Made by a program: the position numbers and the translations under genes. From contig JAGDXP010000002.1 of assembly GCA_023256475.1 (NCBI GenBank), positions 109,747 to 173,746 on the forward strand: a stretch of DNA of 64,000 nucleotides. Direction: 5' to 3'. Below, one piece after another: positions 53,056-62,114 of this stretch. The DNA is from Thermoplasmata archaeon. GTDB lineage: Archaea; Thermoplasmatota; Thermoplasmata; Thermoplasmatales; GCA-001856825. The notes beneath the pieces were generated by a model, which saw only the letters and a list, made by a program, of their open reading frames with translations, did no database searches and was not told the DNA's origin. Numbering within the stretch: position 1 is the stretch's first letter; each line of letters starts with the position of its first letter.

Positions 53056-53460
53056 TTAGATCCCCCCATTAAGAATCTTAATACCCATGGACTTTGCCTT
53101 CTCCACTATCTCCAATTTTTTCTTCTTTCCGACGGTTGCTGAAATTCTTATGGCTTGAGTTTTGGGGTCAACCTTATCTAGCTGGGAGATGTTGGTTATA
53201 TAAACCTCTTTGAAGCCACTGGGATGTAGATACCTAACCAGCTTTGGTCCCCTGTATCCAGATTCAACAAAGGCGTGCCTGTACCCCCTTTTCTCTCTAA
53301 GCTTAGAGTGCTTTCCGCGGGGCTTTCTCCAGGCATCCCCGAGCTTTTTATATCTGAACCACTCCTGCCTGTGAAACTCGGGCCTCTTTCTGCTCATCTC
53401 ATTTCTTATTTCCAACAGTCTTAACATCTCTTTGCTCATTTCAGGCTTCAAGTACATCAC
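53056..53460 (-). CDS. rpl32e: 50S ribosomal protein eL32
   Basis: 134 aa. F.RQEWFRYKKLGDAWRKPRG pattern of L32e. Confidence 0.9.
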   Translation of the reverse strand: MMYLKPEMSKEMLRLLEIRNEMSRKRPEFHRQEWFRYKKLGDAWRKPRGKHSKLREKRGYRHAFVESGYRGPKLVRYLHPSGFKEVYITNISQLDKVDPKTQAIRISATVGKKKKLEIVEKAKSMGIKILNGGI

Positions 53461-53995
53461 CCTTCTTTACTATGTAAATTCCATCCTGGAATACTCTCGG
53501 ATCAAAGTTCTTGATCTTGCTGAGCCTCTCTATTTTTGCAGCAGTATTGCCTAAAAGTTCTAGATCGTTACCTTCAAGTGTTACAGTGTCACCCTTAACT
53601 GTTACCTTTACGCTGGGATCAATCTTGATCTTCCTCGGAGATTTTTCACCTAGGAAGTTATCCAGAGTAACTTCGTCCCCCTTAACTGTAACCTTAACTG
53701 GAAAGTGAGCATACACAATTTTCATGGTATATACAAACCCCTTTGTCACACCAATGAACAGACTCTTTATTATAGATTCCCATGTTCCTACCACTGCCTT
53801 ATCGTTCCTCTTATCCCTGAGGGTATAAATTCTGATCCTCTTTCCGCCATCAAGAAGTTCCAGCTTAGCGAATTCATATAGGAACTTCTTCTTAACCTCT
53901 CCCCTTGGACCCTTAACAGAGAGGATGTTGCTGTTGGGATCAAAGGAAACCGAAACCCTTTCTGGAACCTCAATAACTGTTTCCATTTCATTCAC
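53441..53995 (-). CDS. rpl6: 50S ribosomal protein uL6
   Basis: 184 aa with the two-repeat uL6 pattern. Cluster position. Confidence 0.9.
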   Translation of the reverse strand: MNEMETVIEVPERVSVSFDPNSNILSVKGPRGEVKKKFLYEFAKLELLDGGKRIRIYTLRDKRNDKAVVGTWESIIKSLFIGVTKGFVYTMKIVYAHFPVKVTVKGDEVTLDNFLGEKSPRKIKIDPSVKVTVKGDTVTLEGNDLELLGNTAAKIERLSKIKNFDPRVFQDGIYIVKKGDVLEA

Positions 53996-53996
53996 C

Positions 53997-54380
53997 TCAA
54001 TAAATATAGGCTAACGCCCTGCCACCCAAACCCTTGGATTTGGCCTCCACGTCGCTTATGACACCTTCAGTTGTCGTCATCACAATGATACCAATATCCT
54101 GGGCTGGAAGGTATCTGGCCTCCCATTTTTCAATCTCATCCTTCTTTATAGAAAATCTGGGTGTTATCACACCACAATCGTTGATAGTCTTAGCCAGCTT
54201 GACCTTAAATATGCCACCTTTTCCATTTTCACTGAACTCGAATTCCTCTATGTATCCATACTTCTGGAACACTTTTAACACATTTCCAACCAGATTGGAA
54301 GTCCTCACTTCAACATAGGGCTTCCCAAGCTTTGCTGCGTTTTTTATCTTGATTAAAGCTTCATTTAATGTATCTCCCAT
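53997..54380 (-). CDS. rps8: 30S ribosomal protein uS8
   Basis: 127 aa. DTLNEALIKIKNA N-terminus. Cluster position. Confidence 0.9.
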   Translation of the reverse strand: MGDTLNEALIKIKNAAKLGKPYVEVRTSNLVGNVLKVFQKYGYIEEFEFSENGKGGIFKVKLAKTINDCGVITPRFSIKKDEIEKWEARYLPAQDIGIIVMTTTEGVISDVEAKSKGLGGRALAYIY

Positions 54381-54391
54381 TTTTTATCCCC

Positions 54392-54553
54392 TCACGAGAA
54401 CTTTTTGAATCCCAATTCGGGCGCAACTTCCCTGAAGCATTGCCTGCATAGCCTCAAACCGTACCGTCTAACTATGCCCCTTTTCCTTCCGCACCTTTCA
54501 CAACCTCTATTTCTTCCGTAATTTTTCTTTGGCCTAAGCACTGGTTGAGCCAT
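54392..54553 (-). CDS. rps14: 30S ribosomal protein uS14 (zinc-binding type Z)
   Basis: Own translation gives [53 protein letters not shown] (53 aa) with C-x2-C...C-x2-C. It lies between uL5 and uS8 and is below the ORF-track cutoff. Confidence 0.9.
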   Translation of the reverse strand: MAQPVLRPKKNYGRNRGCERCGRKRGIVRRYGLRLCRQCFREVAPELGFKKFS

Positions 54554-54555
54554 TG

Positions 54556-55071
54556 TTAATCAGCCTCCACTATTTCCAATCCATAATTTTTCTTCATAAA
54601 TTCCATCATTTCTTCTCTCCTTATCCTGATTTTTTTGGGAATCGGCCTTCTTTTGAGTCTCCTTCTGCTTATTCTGAAGCCGCCTCTTCTCTTGAACGTG
54701 ACATTTATGTCCATTCCAAAGATTCCTATTTCAGGATTGTATTTCATTCCCTTGAAATCAGTATAATCCGAAATACCAAAGCTAAAGGTGGACTGCGAGG
54801 AAAAGGAATAACTGAGTGCTTTATTATTTTTTACCCATAGTGCTTCCCTAAGGAACCTATCGGCTTCTTCTCCCCTCAAGGTTACCTTTACACCTATGGG
54901 CTGCCCTTTCCTAATTGCAAATTCCCTGTTTGTCGCCTTAACAAGTGTCACCGTAGGGGTTCTTCCTGTAAGCAATTCTATAACCTTCTTGGCCTTCTCT
55001 ATCTTTTCACCTGCTTCACCAACGCCTATATTTATGGTTACCTTATCAATTACCACATCATCCATGGCCAT
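54556..55071 (-). CDS. rpl5: 50S ribosomal protein uL5
   Basis: 171 aa. [12 protein letters not shown] pattern. Cluster position. Confidence 0.9.
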   Translation of the reverse strand: MAMDDVVIDKVTINIGVGEAGEKIEKAKKVIELLTGRTPTVTLVKATNREFAIRKGQPIGVKVTLRGEEADRFLREALWVKNNKALSYSFSSQSTFSFGISDYTDFKGMKYNPEIGIFGMDINVTFKRRGGFRISRRRLKRRPIPKKIRIRREEMMEFMKKNYGLEIVEAD

Positions 55072-55769
55072 TATGCCACACCCCCTATCTCATTGGCTGA
55101 TCTTCCAAGGACAAATACGTTTGAAACTGTGGTAGTGAAGTTATCCTTAGTATCGACAGTATTTTCCTGATAGCTTCTGCTTATTTCTATATCTTGAATT
55201 TCAGTTATTGTGCCCATGTGGGCTCCTCCTGTTATGTATACCTTGGTGTCCTTAACTAGTGGATGGTGATCAAGAATTTTCTGGTCTGGTAAGGATATTT
55301 TCAATGTATCTCCTCTCTTAATATTTTTCTGATCTGTAACAATGGTCCTCCCGTCATGGGTTCCAATCTGGATCTTTCCACCTTCCGTTATTTTCTTGGA
55401 TGTAACCTTCACGAGCTTCCAGGAGGATTCCTCTGGTTTAATTTCCTTCAGCCTCAGTATTCCATTTTCATCAATGAGAACTCTGGCGAAGATATTTGCA
55501 GATGGAATTGTAATAACATCCATGAAGCCTATTGGGAATTTATAATTCTTTACAATTCTACCATCGACCAGAACCTTCCCCGAAATTATAATTGATTTGG
55601 CTTCCTTTGAATTGTCAGCAAAATTCAGTATATCTCTTATGACAACTAGCAATGGTATAGAACGCTCAATTGGATGGGGACCGGGAACAGCTCTTACTGC
55701 CCAGTAGTAAGTTTTCCTTGGTTGTTTCCAGGTTTTTGGTGCTGCCAATCTCTTTAGATGGTTACTCAT
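55071..55769 (-). CDS. rps4e: 30S ribosomal protein eS4
   Basis: 232 aa. HLKRLAAPKTW N-terminus typical of S4e. Confidence 0.9.
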   Translation of the reverse strand: MSNHLKRLAAPKTWKQPRKTYYWAVRAVPGPHPIERSIPLLVVIRDILNFADNSKEAKSIIISGKVLVDGRIVKNYKFPIGFMDVITIPSANIFARVLIDENGILRLKEIKPEESSWKLVKVTSKKITEGGKIQIGTHDGRTIVTDQKNIKRGDTLKISLPDQKILDHHPLVKDTKVYITGGAHMGTITEIQDIEISRSYQENTVDTKDNFTTTVSNVFVLGRSANEIGGVA

Positions 55770-56205
55770 TCTCTTTCACCTCACTATTCCCTTCATCATG
55801 CTCCTGTGATTCGTTGTTTTTTTCTTCACTCTCTTCCTTCTCAGAGGTTTCCTCTTCCAATTCTTCAACAACTTTGTTCTTTAGCTTTGCCAATTGGGCC
55901 AATTTATCCTTCCTTATTTTATCATCAAGGTCAAATTTGACTATTATAGTATTGGAAGCATCAATTTTCCTTGGCTTCATTTTACCATCGGCCTTGGATA
56001 TGTTAACATTCTCTATTATTAACTTACCTTCGCTCCTCAGTACCTGAAGCACCTTGCCTTCTTTACCTTTAACATTATTCTTGTCATCCTTTCCAGCGTC
56101 TCCCCTCACTATCCTAACCACATCTCCCTTGCGAACAGGGAACTTCTTGATCCCGTATTTCTCATACAATTCTTTTGATAAATGAACATTTATTTTTTGC
56201 ACCAT
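55762..56205 (-). CDS. rpl24: 50S ribosomal protein uL24 with acidic C-terminal tail
   Basis: 147 aa. KOW motif (VRKGDVVRIVRGD) and a ~35-aa E/S-rich tail. Confidence 0.9.
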   Translation of the reverse strand: MVQKINVHLSKELYEKYGIKKFPVRKGDVVRIVRGDAGKDDKNNVKGKEGKVLQVLRSEGKLIIENVNISKADGKMKPRKIDASNTIIVKFDLDDKIRKDKLAQLAKLKNKVVEELEEETSEKEESEEKNNESQEHDEGNSEVKENE

Positions 56206-56211
56206 ATCACC

Positions 56212-56610
56212 TCATATAATAGTACTTGCAAGGGCAGCAACCCTTGGCCATCTCTCAGCAGCTTCTTTGGCTACGGGTCCCTTAATTTCAGTTCCCCTTG
56301 TTTCACCATTATCCTGCACGAGCACAGCTGCATTGTCTTCGAATTCAACCATTAATCCATCTGGCCTTCTGAATGCCTTCCTCTGTCTTATGACTACTGC
56401 ATAAACTACCTTTCTTCTCATCTCAGGTGTTCCCTTTTTAACTGATGCGATTATCATATCCCCAACCGAAGCTACAGGCACCCTATCCTTGGTATTGTGG
56501 TATGCCTTCACATTTATGAGGGAAATAACCTTGGCACCCGTATTATCAGCGCATTCAAGTTTTGCACCTAAAGGTAAACCCCTAATCTGTCTACCTGCCA
56601 ATCCCTTCAT
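56212..56610 (-). CDS. rpl14: 50S ribosomal protein uL14
   Basis: 132 aa. LECADNTGAK motif. Confidence 0.95.
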   Translation of the reverse strand: MKGLAGRQIRGLPLGAKLECADNTGAKVISLINVKAYHNTKDRVPVASVGDMIIASVKKGTPEMRRKVVYAVVIRQRKAFRRPDGLMVEFEDNAAVLVQDNGETRGTEIKGPVAKEAAERWPRVAALASTII

Positions 56611-56933
56611 TCTGATCCCACCTTTTCAATTACAACAAATGAAACTGATTTGGCCAGAGGTCTGGAATATGCTATTCTGACCTTATCCCCAACTTTCACA
56701 TGGATGCATGCCGGCAGATGTGCGTGATATTTCCTAAATCTCTTTTCATACCTCTCATACTTGGGGATTTTCCTAACATATTCTCTCTTCACGATAACAG
56801 TTCCCTTCATGTTTAAAGCTACTACTTCCCCCTCAATAATCGGAGACTTCACATTCAATTCCCCGTGGAACGGGCACTTTTTGTCCTGGCAAACCTCTTC
56901 TGGTGCTTTAACATCAATACCTATATTCTTCAT
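56607..56933 (-). CDS. rps17: 30S ribosomal protein uS17
   Basis: 108 aa. OB-fold pattern with CPFHG. Cluster position. Confidence 0.9.
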   Translation of the reverse strand: MKNIGIDVKAPEEVCQDKKCPFHGELNVKSPIIEGEVVALNMKGTVIVKREYVRKIPKYERYEKRFRKYHAHLPACIHVKVGDKVRIAYSRPLAKSVSFVVIEKVGSE

Positions 56934-57187
56934 ATTTTACCCTTCCTCCTCATTTTTCTGATTTTATCTTCAGGCCTGATCATCAGCCTGGACATATCAT
57001 AAACTTTGCCCTTGATTTCTAGATCAACTACCTTCTTGGGTAGCATGATTTCCCTACCCTCTTCAATCATATATATCATATTTTTTGATTCCTTAAATAC
57101 GACTCCTTTCTTGTTCAGCAGGCTAGGATCCTTTGACCGGACTACCTTTACATTCTCACCTATTATGTCAGTGAACAAGGGATTCAT
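56930..57187 (-). CDS. rnp1: RNase P protein component 1 (Rpp29/Pop4)
   Basis: 85 aa. IGENVKVVRSKDPSLLNKKGVVFKESKNM pattern. Conserved position between SUI1/L29 and S17. Confidence 0.8.
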   Translation of the reverse strand: MNPLFTDIIGENVKVVRSKDPSLLNKKGVVFKESKNMIYMIEEGREIMLPKKVVDLEIKGKVYDMSRLMIRPEDKIRKMRRKGKI

Positions 57188-57474
57188 TGGATCACCTCTA
57201 CTCTGAAACCCATTTCCTCAAGTACTTTTTTTACTCTATCTCTCTGATCTCCCTGAAGTTCAATCTTATTATCCTTCACTGTACCACCTGCAGCAGTTTT
57301 CTTCTTCAATGTCTTAGCCAATTCATATATATCCTCGGCCTTGGTGTCAAATCCTGAGACTATAGTGACGAATTTGCCGTATCTCCTCTTATCCAGCTCA
57401 ATCTTTATTACCTGCGTCTCCCTCGCAATTTCGTCAATAGGAGTCAGATCCTTAAGGAATCTATCATCCCTCAT
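57184..57474 (-). CDS. Translation initiation factor aSUI1 (eIF1 homologue)
   Basis: 96 aa. KFVTIVSGF...ELQGDQRDRVKKVLEEMGF are typical SUI1 motifs. Confidence 0.85.
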   Translation of the reverse strand: MRDDRFLKDLTPIDEIARETQVIKIELDKRRYGKFVTIVSGFDTKAEDIYELAKTLKKKTAAGGTVKDNKIELQGDQRDRVKKVLEEMGFRVEVIQ

Positions 57475-57670
57475 TTTTCTTCTCCCTCATTATAGTCTCA
57501 ATTCTGGCGATCTGCCTCCGGAGAGATTCAATCTTTCCGGGGCTTGGTGGCGCTCCACCCATTGCTGATATGCCCCTTTCCCTCATCAATTCCTCTTTAA
57601 GTTCATTATACCTCTTCATGAGGTCATCCCGGCTCATTGTTCTAAGTTGTTTGATCTTGATTTCTGCCAT
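57464..57670 (-). CDS. rpl29: 50S ribosomal protein uL29
   Basis: 68 aa, helical. LRTMSRDDLMKRYNELKEEL pattern. Confidence 0.9.
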   Translation of the reverse strand: MAEIKIKQLRTMSRDDLMKRYNELKEELMRERGISAMGGAPPSPGKIESLRRQIARIETIMREKKNEG

Positions 57671-58274
57671 TTAATTCACCTCCATCGATTTCCTTTATAA
57701 CTATGTCATCCGGCAGTTTTATGTCGCTTCTCAAGATCTTAACTGTGACACCTATTATACCGGGTTTCGTCATTGCAACAGCTCTTCCCTCATCGATATA
57801 TTCTGAAGGGTAACCCGATGATATTATTTTACCAGCAGTATATTTAACAGCCCTGGCTCTTTCGCCGCTCAATTTACCTCCAATCCTAACCTGCCCTCCC
57901 CTAGCTCCTGCATCCATGATCCTCTTCAAAATGCTGTGACCTGCCCTCCTATAATGCCATCCCTTTTCTATGGATCTGGCCAGCCTCTCTGCCATGATCT
58001 GAGCATTAAGAGCAGGCTGCTCGGCAGGTTCAACCTTGATTAATGGGCTGTTCAAATTGAAATTCTTCTCTAGATATTCTTCCATGCTTCGAATCTTCTG
58101 ACCCCTGCGGCCTATGACTAATCCGGGTTTTTCAACCCTGAGAAGTACAATTGTATTCTGTGGCGTTCTCTGAATTTCCAGGCCACCGAAACCAGCGTCA
58201 CCTATCTCCTTAATTAAGTATTCCTTGATCAGCTGATTTCTTATATTTTCCTTTAAAAACTTCAATTCCTTCAT
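57642..58274 (-). CDS. rps3: 30S ribosomal protein uS3
   Basis: 210 aa. KH domain plus S3 C-terminal domain pattern. Cluster position. Confidence 0.9.
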   Translation of the reverse strand: MKELKFLKENIRNQLIKEYLIKEIGDAGFGGLEIQRTPQNTIVLLRVEKPGLVIGRRGQKIRSMEEYLEKNFNLNSPLIKVEPAEQPALNAQIMAERLARSIEKGWHYRRAGHSILKRIMDAGARGGQVRIGGKLSGERARAVKYTAGKIISSGYPSEYIDEGRAVAMTKPGIIGVTVKILRSDIKLPDDIVIKEIDGGELNGRNQDQTT

Positions 58275-58714
58275 TCTAATTCCTCCAGAATAATCTGAAT
58301 GTGTACCCTTTCCCTATAAAACTTACCGCTAGATCCAAAGGCTTTGAACGTATAATACTTAATTGGCGGAGCCAGATTTGCCACGGCACTTTTAACCACA
58401 AGTTTATCAGTATCAAGTTGTTTAAATTCAGCGTTATTTTCTGCATTCTTCAGGGTTTCAAGGAAATACTTGGCCGCCTTCACAGGATATCTTCCCGGAC
58501 CCACACCCTTCCTATGTGAAACCGAATCAAGGAATTTCCTGTACGGAACTGCTCTCTTTTTCGCAATTACATCCTCTAGGAATTCCTTTGCCTCATCAAG
58601 TTTCATACCCTTTATAGTTCTAGCTACCTCTAATGCATCCCTTGGCGATATCGGGGAATTTGGATAGGTTGCCTTCGCAGTTTTCTTGTCATCAACTTCA
58701 ATTACATACTTCAT
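58271..58714 (-). CDS. rpl22: 50S ribosomal protein uL22
   Basis: 147 aa. Cluster position between S19 and S3. Confidence 0.9.
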   Translation of the reverse strand: MKYVIEVDDKKTAKATYPNSPISPRDALEVARTIKGMKLDEAKEFLEDVIAKKRAVPYRKFLDSVSHRKGVGPGRYPVKAAKYFLETLKNAENNAEFKQLDTDKLVVKSAVANLAPPIKYYTFKAFGSSGKFYRERVHIQIILEELE

Positions 58715-58723
58715 ATCATCACC

Positions 58724-59179
58724 TTACTTAAGCGGCAGGAACTTGGAACCCCTTGTAGCTCCAACTCCAGGACCTGAGTGCTTAACCTCCTTCCTTGTCA
58801 TGACGAATTCACCAAGGTAATGACCTATCATTTCCTCCTTGATTGTGAATGTCTGGTATTGCTTGCCATCGTAAACTGATACTACTTTACCTACGTACTG
58901 TGGAAGGATAACTAAATCCCTTACCCTTGTTTTAACCTGATCTCTTTCTAATAATTTCTCGTGTAATTTTTTCTGCTCGGAGTTGTAGCCTCTTTTCAAT
59001 GATCTCCTTGCCCTCGCTGGTAGTATTTTAAGGAGATCCTCCATCTTCATCTCAAGGAGTTCTTCTAATGTTTTCCCCTTGAACAGCAACTCCTTTCCTC
59101 TTTCCGTTATACTCTTGGCGCTCTTTCTCTTGGTTCTTTTAATAGCTTTAGTGGATTTTAGCTTCTTATCCTCTGCCAT
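58724..59179 (-). CDS. rps19: 30S ribosomal protein uS19
   Basis: 151 aa. GHYLGEFVMTRK...HSGPG motif. Confidence 0.9.
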   Translation of the reverse strand: MAEDKKLKSTKAIKRTKRKSAKSITERGKELLFKGKTLEELLEMKMEDLLKILPARARRSLKRGYNSEQKKLHEKLLERDQVKTRVRDLVILPQYVGKVVSVYDGKQYQTFTIKEEMIGHYLGEFVMTRKEVKHSGPGVGATRGSKFLPLK

Positions 59180-59180
59180 T

Positions 59181-59882
59181 TCATTTCACCTTCTTCTTTT
59201 TAGGAGATAACCTGCCCACTTTTCTACCAGGTGGAGTATTCCTGCCAACGGTAGATGGCCTACCAACATGCTGATGATTGCCACCGCCATGTGGATGGTT
59301 TGCAGCGTTCATAGCAACTCCTCTGACAGTATAAGGCCTCTTTGCCCTTGATTGATAAGCATGAACCTTCTTTCCGGCCTTCATCAGTGGCTTAGTATTT
59401 CTTCCTCCACCGCCAGCTATACCAATGGTAGCCCTGCATGAAGGTAGGAAATCTTTTAAGTCACCTGACGGCAGCTTGAGGGTTACCTTATCGCCATGAG
59501 CCACGACAGTACAGAAGGATCCAGGAGTCCTTGCAATATTCCCTCCGGTACCTGGCCTCAACTCTACATTATAGACCAGCGTTCCATCTGGTATTGAACC
59601 TAGTGGTAATGTATTCCCCTCAATTGGCTCTACATTAATTCCACCCCTGACTCTTTGACCTACGAACATGCCGCTGTGAGCCAGGAATAGAGCTTTTCTA
59701 TTATCATTAAGCTCTACCAATGCCAATGGAGTATAATGTCCGGGGTCCTTTACAAAATCTACTACTTTTCCTTCCCATGATTCCATCTCTGGATATTTCA
59801 AATCCGCATAAAATCTATGGCTAGGGCTCCTGTAAACCAGACCACCGCGACCTCTTCTCTGTGGAATTATTCTCTTTCCCAT
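59181..59882 (-). CDS. rpl2: 50S ribosomal protein uL2
   Basis: 233 aa. VRGVAMNAANHPHGGG motif. Confidence 0.95.
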   Translation of the reverse strand: MGKRIIPQRRGRGGLVYRSPSHRFYADLKYPEMESWEGKVVDFVKDPGHYTPLALVELNDNRKALFLAHSGMFVGQRVRGGINVEPIEGNTLPLGSIPDGTLVYNVELRPGTGGNIARTPGSFCTVVAHGDKVTLKLPSGDLKDFLPSCRATIGIAGGGGRNTKPLMKAGKKVHAYQSRAKRPYTVRGVAMNAANHPHGGGNHQHVGRPSTVGRNTPPGRKVGRLSPKKKKVK

Positions 59883-59891
59883 TATATCACC

Positions 59892-60158
59892 TCAGAATAT
59901 CCCCAACTTTGTGGCAAGCTCCTCAGCTGAAAATTCTGATTTGAGCTTTACCACCGCTTTCTTTCCTTCCTTATCTCTCATAACATTTACCTTATCGACC
60001 TTCATGCCTGATATTTCTTCTACCGCCTTTTTGATATCAAGTTTTGAACTATTCTCATTGACTATAAACCAAATCTTATTTTCCCTCTCGATTTGAAGCA
60101 TGGTTTTTTCTGTCACATAGGGCTTGATAAGAATATCATATGGATTCAAAGGTTCCAC
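59892..60158 (-). CDS. rpl23: 50S ribosomal protein uL23
   Basis: 88 aa. Cluster position. PYVTEKTM pattern. Confidence 0.9.
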   Translation of the reverse strand: MEPLNPYDILIKPYVTEKTMLQIERENKIWFIVNENSSKLDIKKAVEEISGMKVDKVNVMRDKEGKKAVVKLKSEFSAEELATKLGIF

Positions 60159-60904
60159 CCCCTTATCTCTTCAAGTGCCCCCTCCGTAATTACCATTAGC
60201 CTTCCTGGGTGAGCTCCAGGTGCCAGCACATAAGCATTAAGCTGATTTGGAGTTTTTACGTCTACACCGGGCAGATTTCTAGCAGCTTTACCTATCTTTG
60301 ATTTATCCTTTACCACCAGAAGTATACTCTTAGGAGTTCTGTATGGCCTATTTCTGCTCTTTCCCCTTCCAGCTCTTATCTTTGTCCCTTCCTTAGCCCT
60401 TATTATGTCTTCGTAAACCCCTATTTTCTTTAATATTTCTGTCAAATCCTCAGCCTTCATCACTTCTTCGATTTTATTTTCAACAACTACAGGAACCTCC
60501 TCTGCGTTGAACTTGTGACCCCTGCCCCTAACCAGGTCTATGATGGATGTTGCTGAGAGTGCAGATAATTTCGCCATTTTCCTCTGTTTTTCATTTATCT
60601 TCATATCCCAGACTTTTTCCACCACGGGGTGATGGGCGCTCCTTCCACCCCTTGCATTGGACAACATTACTCCCCTAGTTGTACCTGCTACCCTTGGATA
60701 CCTGGCAATTCCGTGGTTCGGTCCGAGATTATGACCTACCCTTCTGTTTCCTGCGAACCAATAGGTACCATAAGGAGTTCTTGAATTTGACATATATGCA
60801 TTCACAAAGAGGTTTATTAGATCCCTCCTTATGGGATAAGAAAATGCGGGCGGTAAATCCACATTTTTTATCTTTTCTCCATTTACATTAACAACTGCAA
60901 CCAT
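60146..60904 (-). CDS. rpl4: 50S ribosomal protein uL4
   Basis: 252 aa. Cluster position. Typical archaeal L4 pattern (RGGRSAH). Confidence 0.9.
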   Translation of the reverse strand: MVAVVNVNGEKIKNVDLPPAFSYPIRRDLINLFVNAYMSNSRTPYGTYWFAGNRRVGHNLGPNHGIARYPRVAGTTRGVMLSNARGGRSAHHPVVEKVWDMKINEKQRKMAKLSALSATSIIDLVRGRGHKFNAEEVPVVVENKIEEVMKAEDLTEILKKIGVYEDIIRAKEGTKIRAGRGKSRNRPYRTPKSILLVVKDKSKIGKAARNLPGVDVKTPNQLNAYVLAPGAHPGRLMVITEGALEEIRGWNL

Positions 60905-60908
60905 AAAA

Positions 60909-61898
60909 TCACACTCCCTGCTTGCTTTCCATGGATAGATAAGTAATCTTTATCTCCTCCACATCTGGAACCGTCTGCCTAACTGGATATCTGAACTTTA
61001 CAATTCTCTTCACTGGTCCTGGAATGGATCCGTGCAATATTACATACTGATTGGTAACTTCGCCATAATTAACAAAACCGCCCTTTGGAGTAATCGGCTT
61101 TTCCCTTGGATCTGCAACAAGAAGTATTCTTTTATTGAACTCAGTCCTCTGATGAAAACCTGTCTGGCCAGCCTGGGGAACTGTATTCCTAACCCAATCC
61201 GGGTGCCATGGTCCCAAAGTACCAATCATCCTCCTATGCTTCCTGTTCTTTCTGGGAAGCAACTTCACACCCCATCTCTTAACATGGCCCTGGAACCCCT
61301 TACCTTTTGTAACAGCTATAATATCTACAAATTTTCCTGGGCCGGAGAATTGATCAAATGTTACTTCCTTTCCAAGAATAGACTTTGCATAATCAATTCT
61401 TTCCTTTACACTGCCTCCCCCTATTCTTATTTCTGTTATATCCCCCTTCTTCTTTCCCAATCCCTTAACTTTTTTATTTTGGATTAAGGCTATGACATTA
61501 ACTTGAAATACCTTTGAAAAGTCTATTTGTTTTTCTTTCGCTTCTTTGGGGACTGGCATTATTCCCTTGATATCTTTTAATGAATTTTTATCTAGCTCTT
61601 CGCCAACAACATATTCACCATAGGTACCTTCACCATAATATCGGACTCCGACTATCTTTATTGGTGGAACTTCCACCACAGTTACAGCCGAAGCCACCTC
61701 AGTTCCTGCTGTATTGCTATATTTTCTGTAATCTACAAAAAGGGCATGTGTCATGCCGGCCTTAAAACCAACGAATCCCAATAGCTTTGGACCTTCCTTG
61801 ATTTCAGGCCAAGACCTGATATGCGGTACCAAAGATGCAGCCCTCTTTCTGGGATAGTATCCCATAGACCCATGTCTCGAATGATTAGGTGTCGCCAT
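60909..61898 (-). CDS. rpl3: 50S ribosomal protein uL3
   Basis: 329 aa. HGSMGYYPRKRA N-terminus and FQGHVKRWG motif. First gene of the cluster. Confidence 0.95.
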   Translation of the reverse strand: MATPNHSRHGSMGYYPRKRAASLVPHIRSWPEIKEGPKLLGFVGFKAGMTHALFVDYRKYSNTAGTEVASAVTVVEVPPIKIVGVRYYGEGTYGEYVVGEELDKNSLKDIKGIMPVPKEAKEKQIDFSKVFQVNVIALIQNKKVKGLGKKKGDITEIRIGGGSVKERIDYAKSILGKEVTFDQFSGPGKFVDIIAVTKGKGFQGHVKRWGVKLLPRKNRKHRRMIGTLGPWHPDWVRNTVPQAGQTGFHQRTEFNKRILLVADPREKPITPKGGFVNYGEVTNQYVILHGSIPGPVKRIVKFRYPVRQTVPDVEEIKITYLSMESKQGV

Positions 61899-62027
61899 AT
61901 ATTATCACCGGTTGCATAGCCGTTGCGTCTTCAGTCGGTTTAACCATTGAGCACCGACTAACGGGCACTATAGGCCCATAGACGTGAGGCTAATGCTTAC
62001 CTGATAACACATAATCTTATATAAATC
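61899..62027 (-). promoter_or_regulatory. Putative promoter (TATA-like TTTATATAAG) and structured ~90-nt leader of the L3 ribosomal operon
   Basis: On the minus strand, TTTATATAAG lies at 62017-62026. Downstream is a GC-richer segment with hairpins GGGC-CTATAGT-GCCC and GTCGGT-(13 nt)-ACCGAC enclosed by CGTCT/AGACG. Confidence 0.25.
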
Positions 62028-62114
62028 TATCATAAGAGGACAAACCCCGGAGGTAGCACATAGAACATTATTAAAACATATTTACGATCTGTTAGAATAT
62101 AGTAACCTATAATA

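Noticed and set aside
61899-61985. The GC-rich patch upstream of rpl3 as a possible tRNA or C/D sRNA.
   Set aside because: There is no acceptor/T-arm cloverleaf and no TTCRA T-loop. A CTGA is present, but no properly placed C box.
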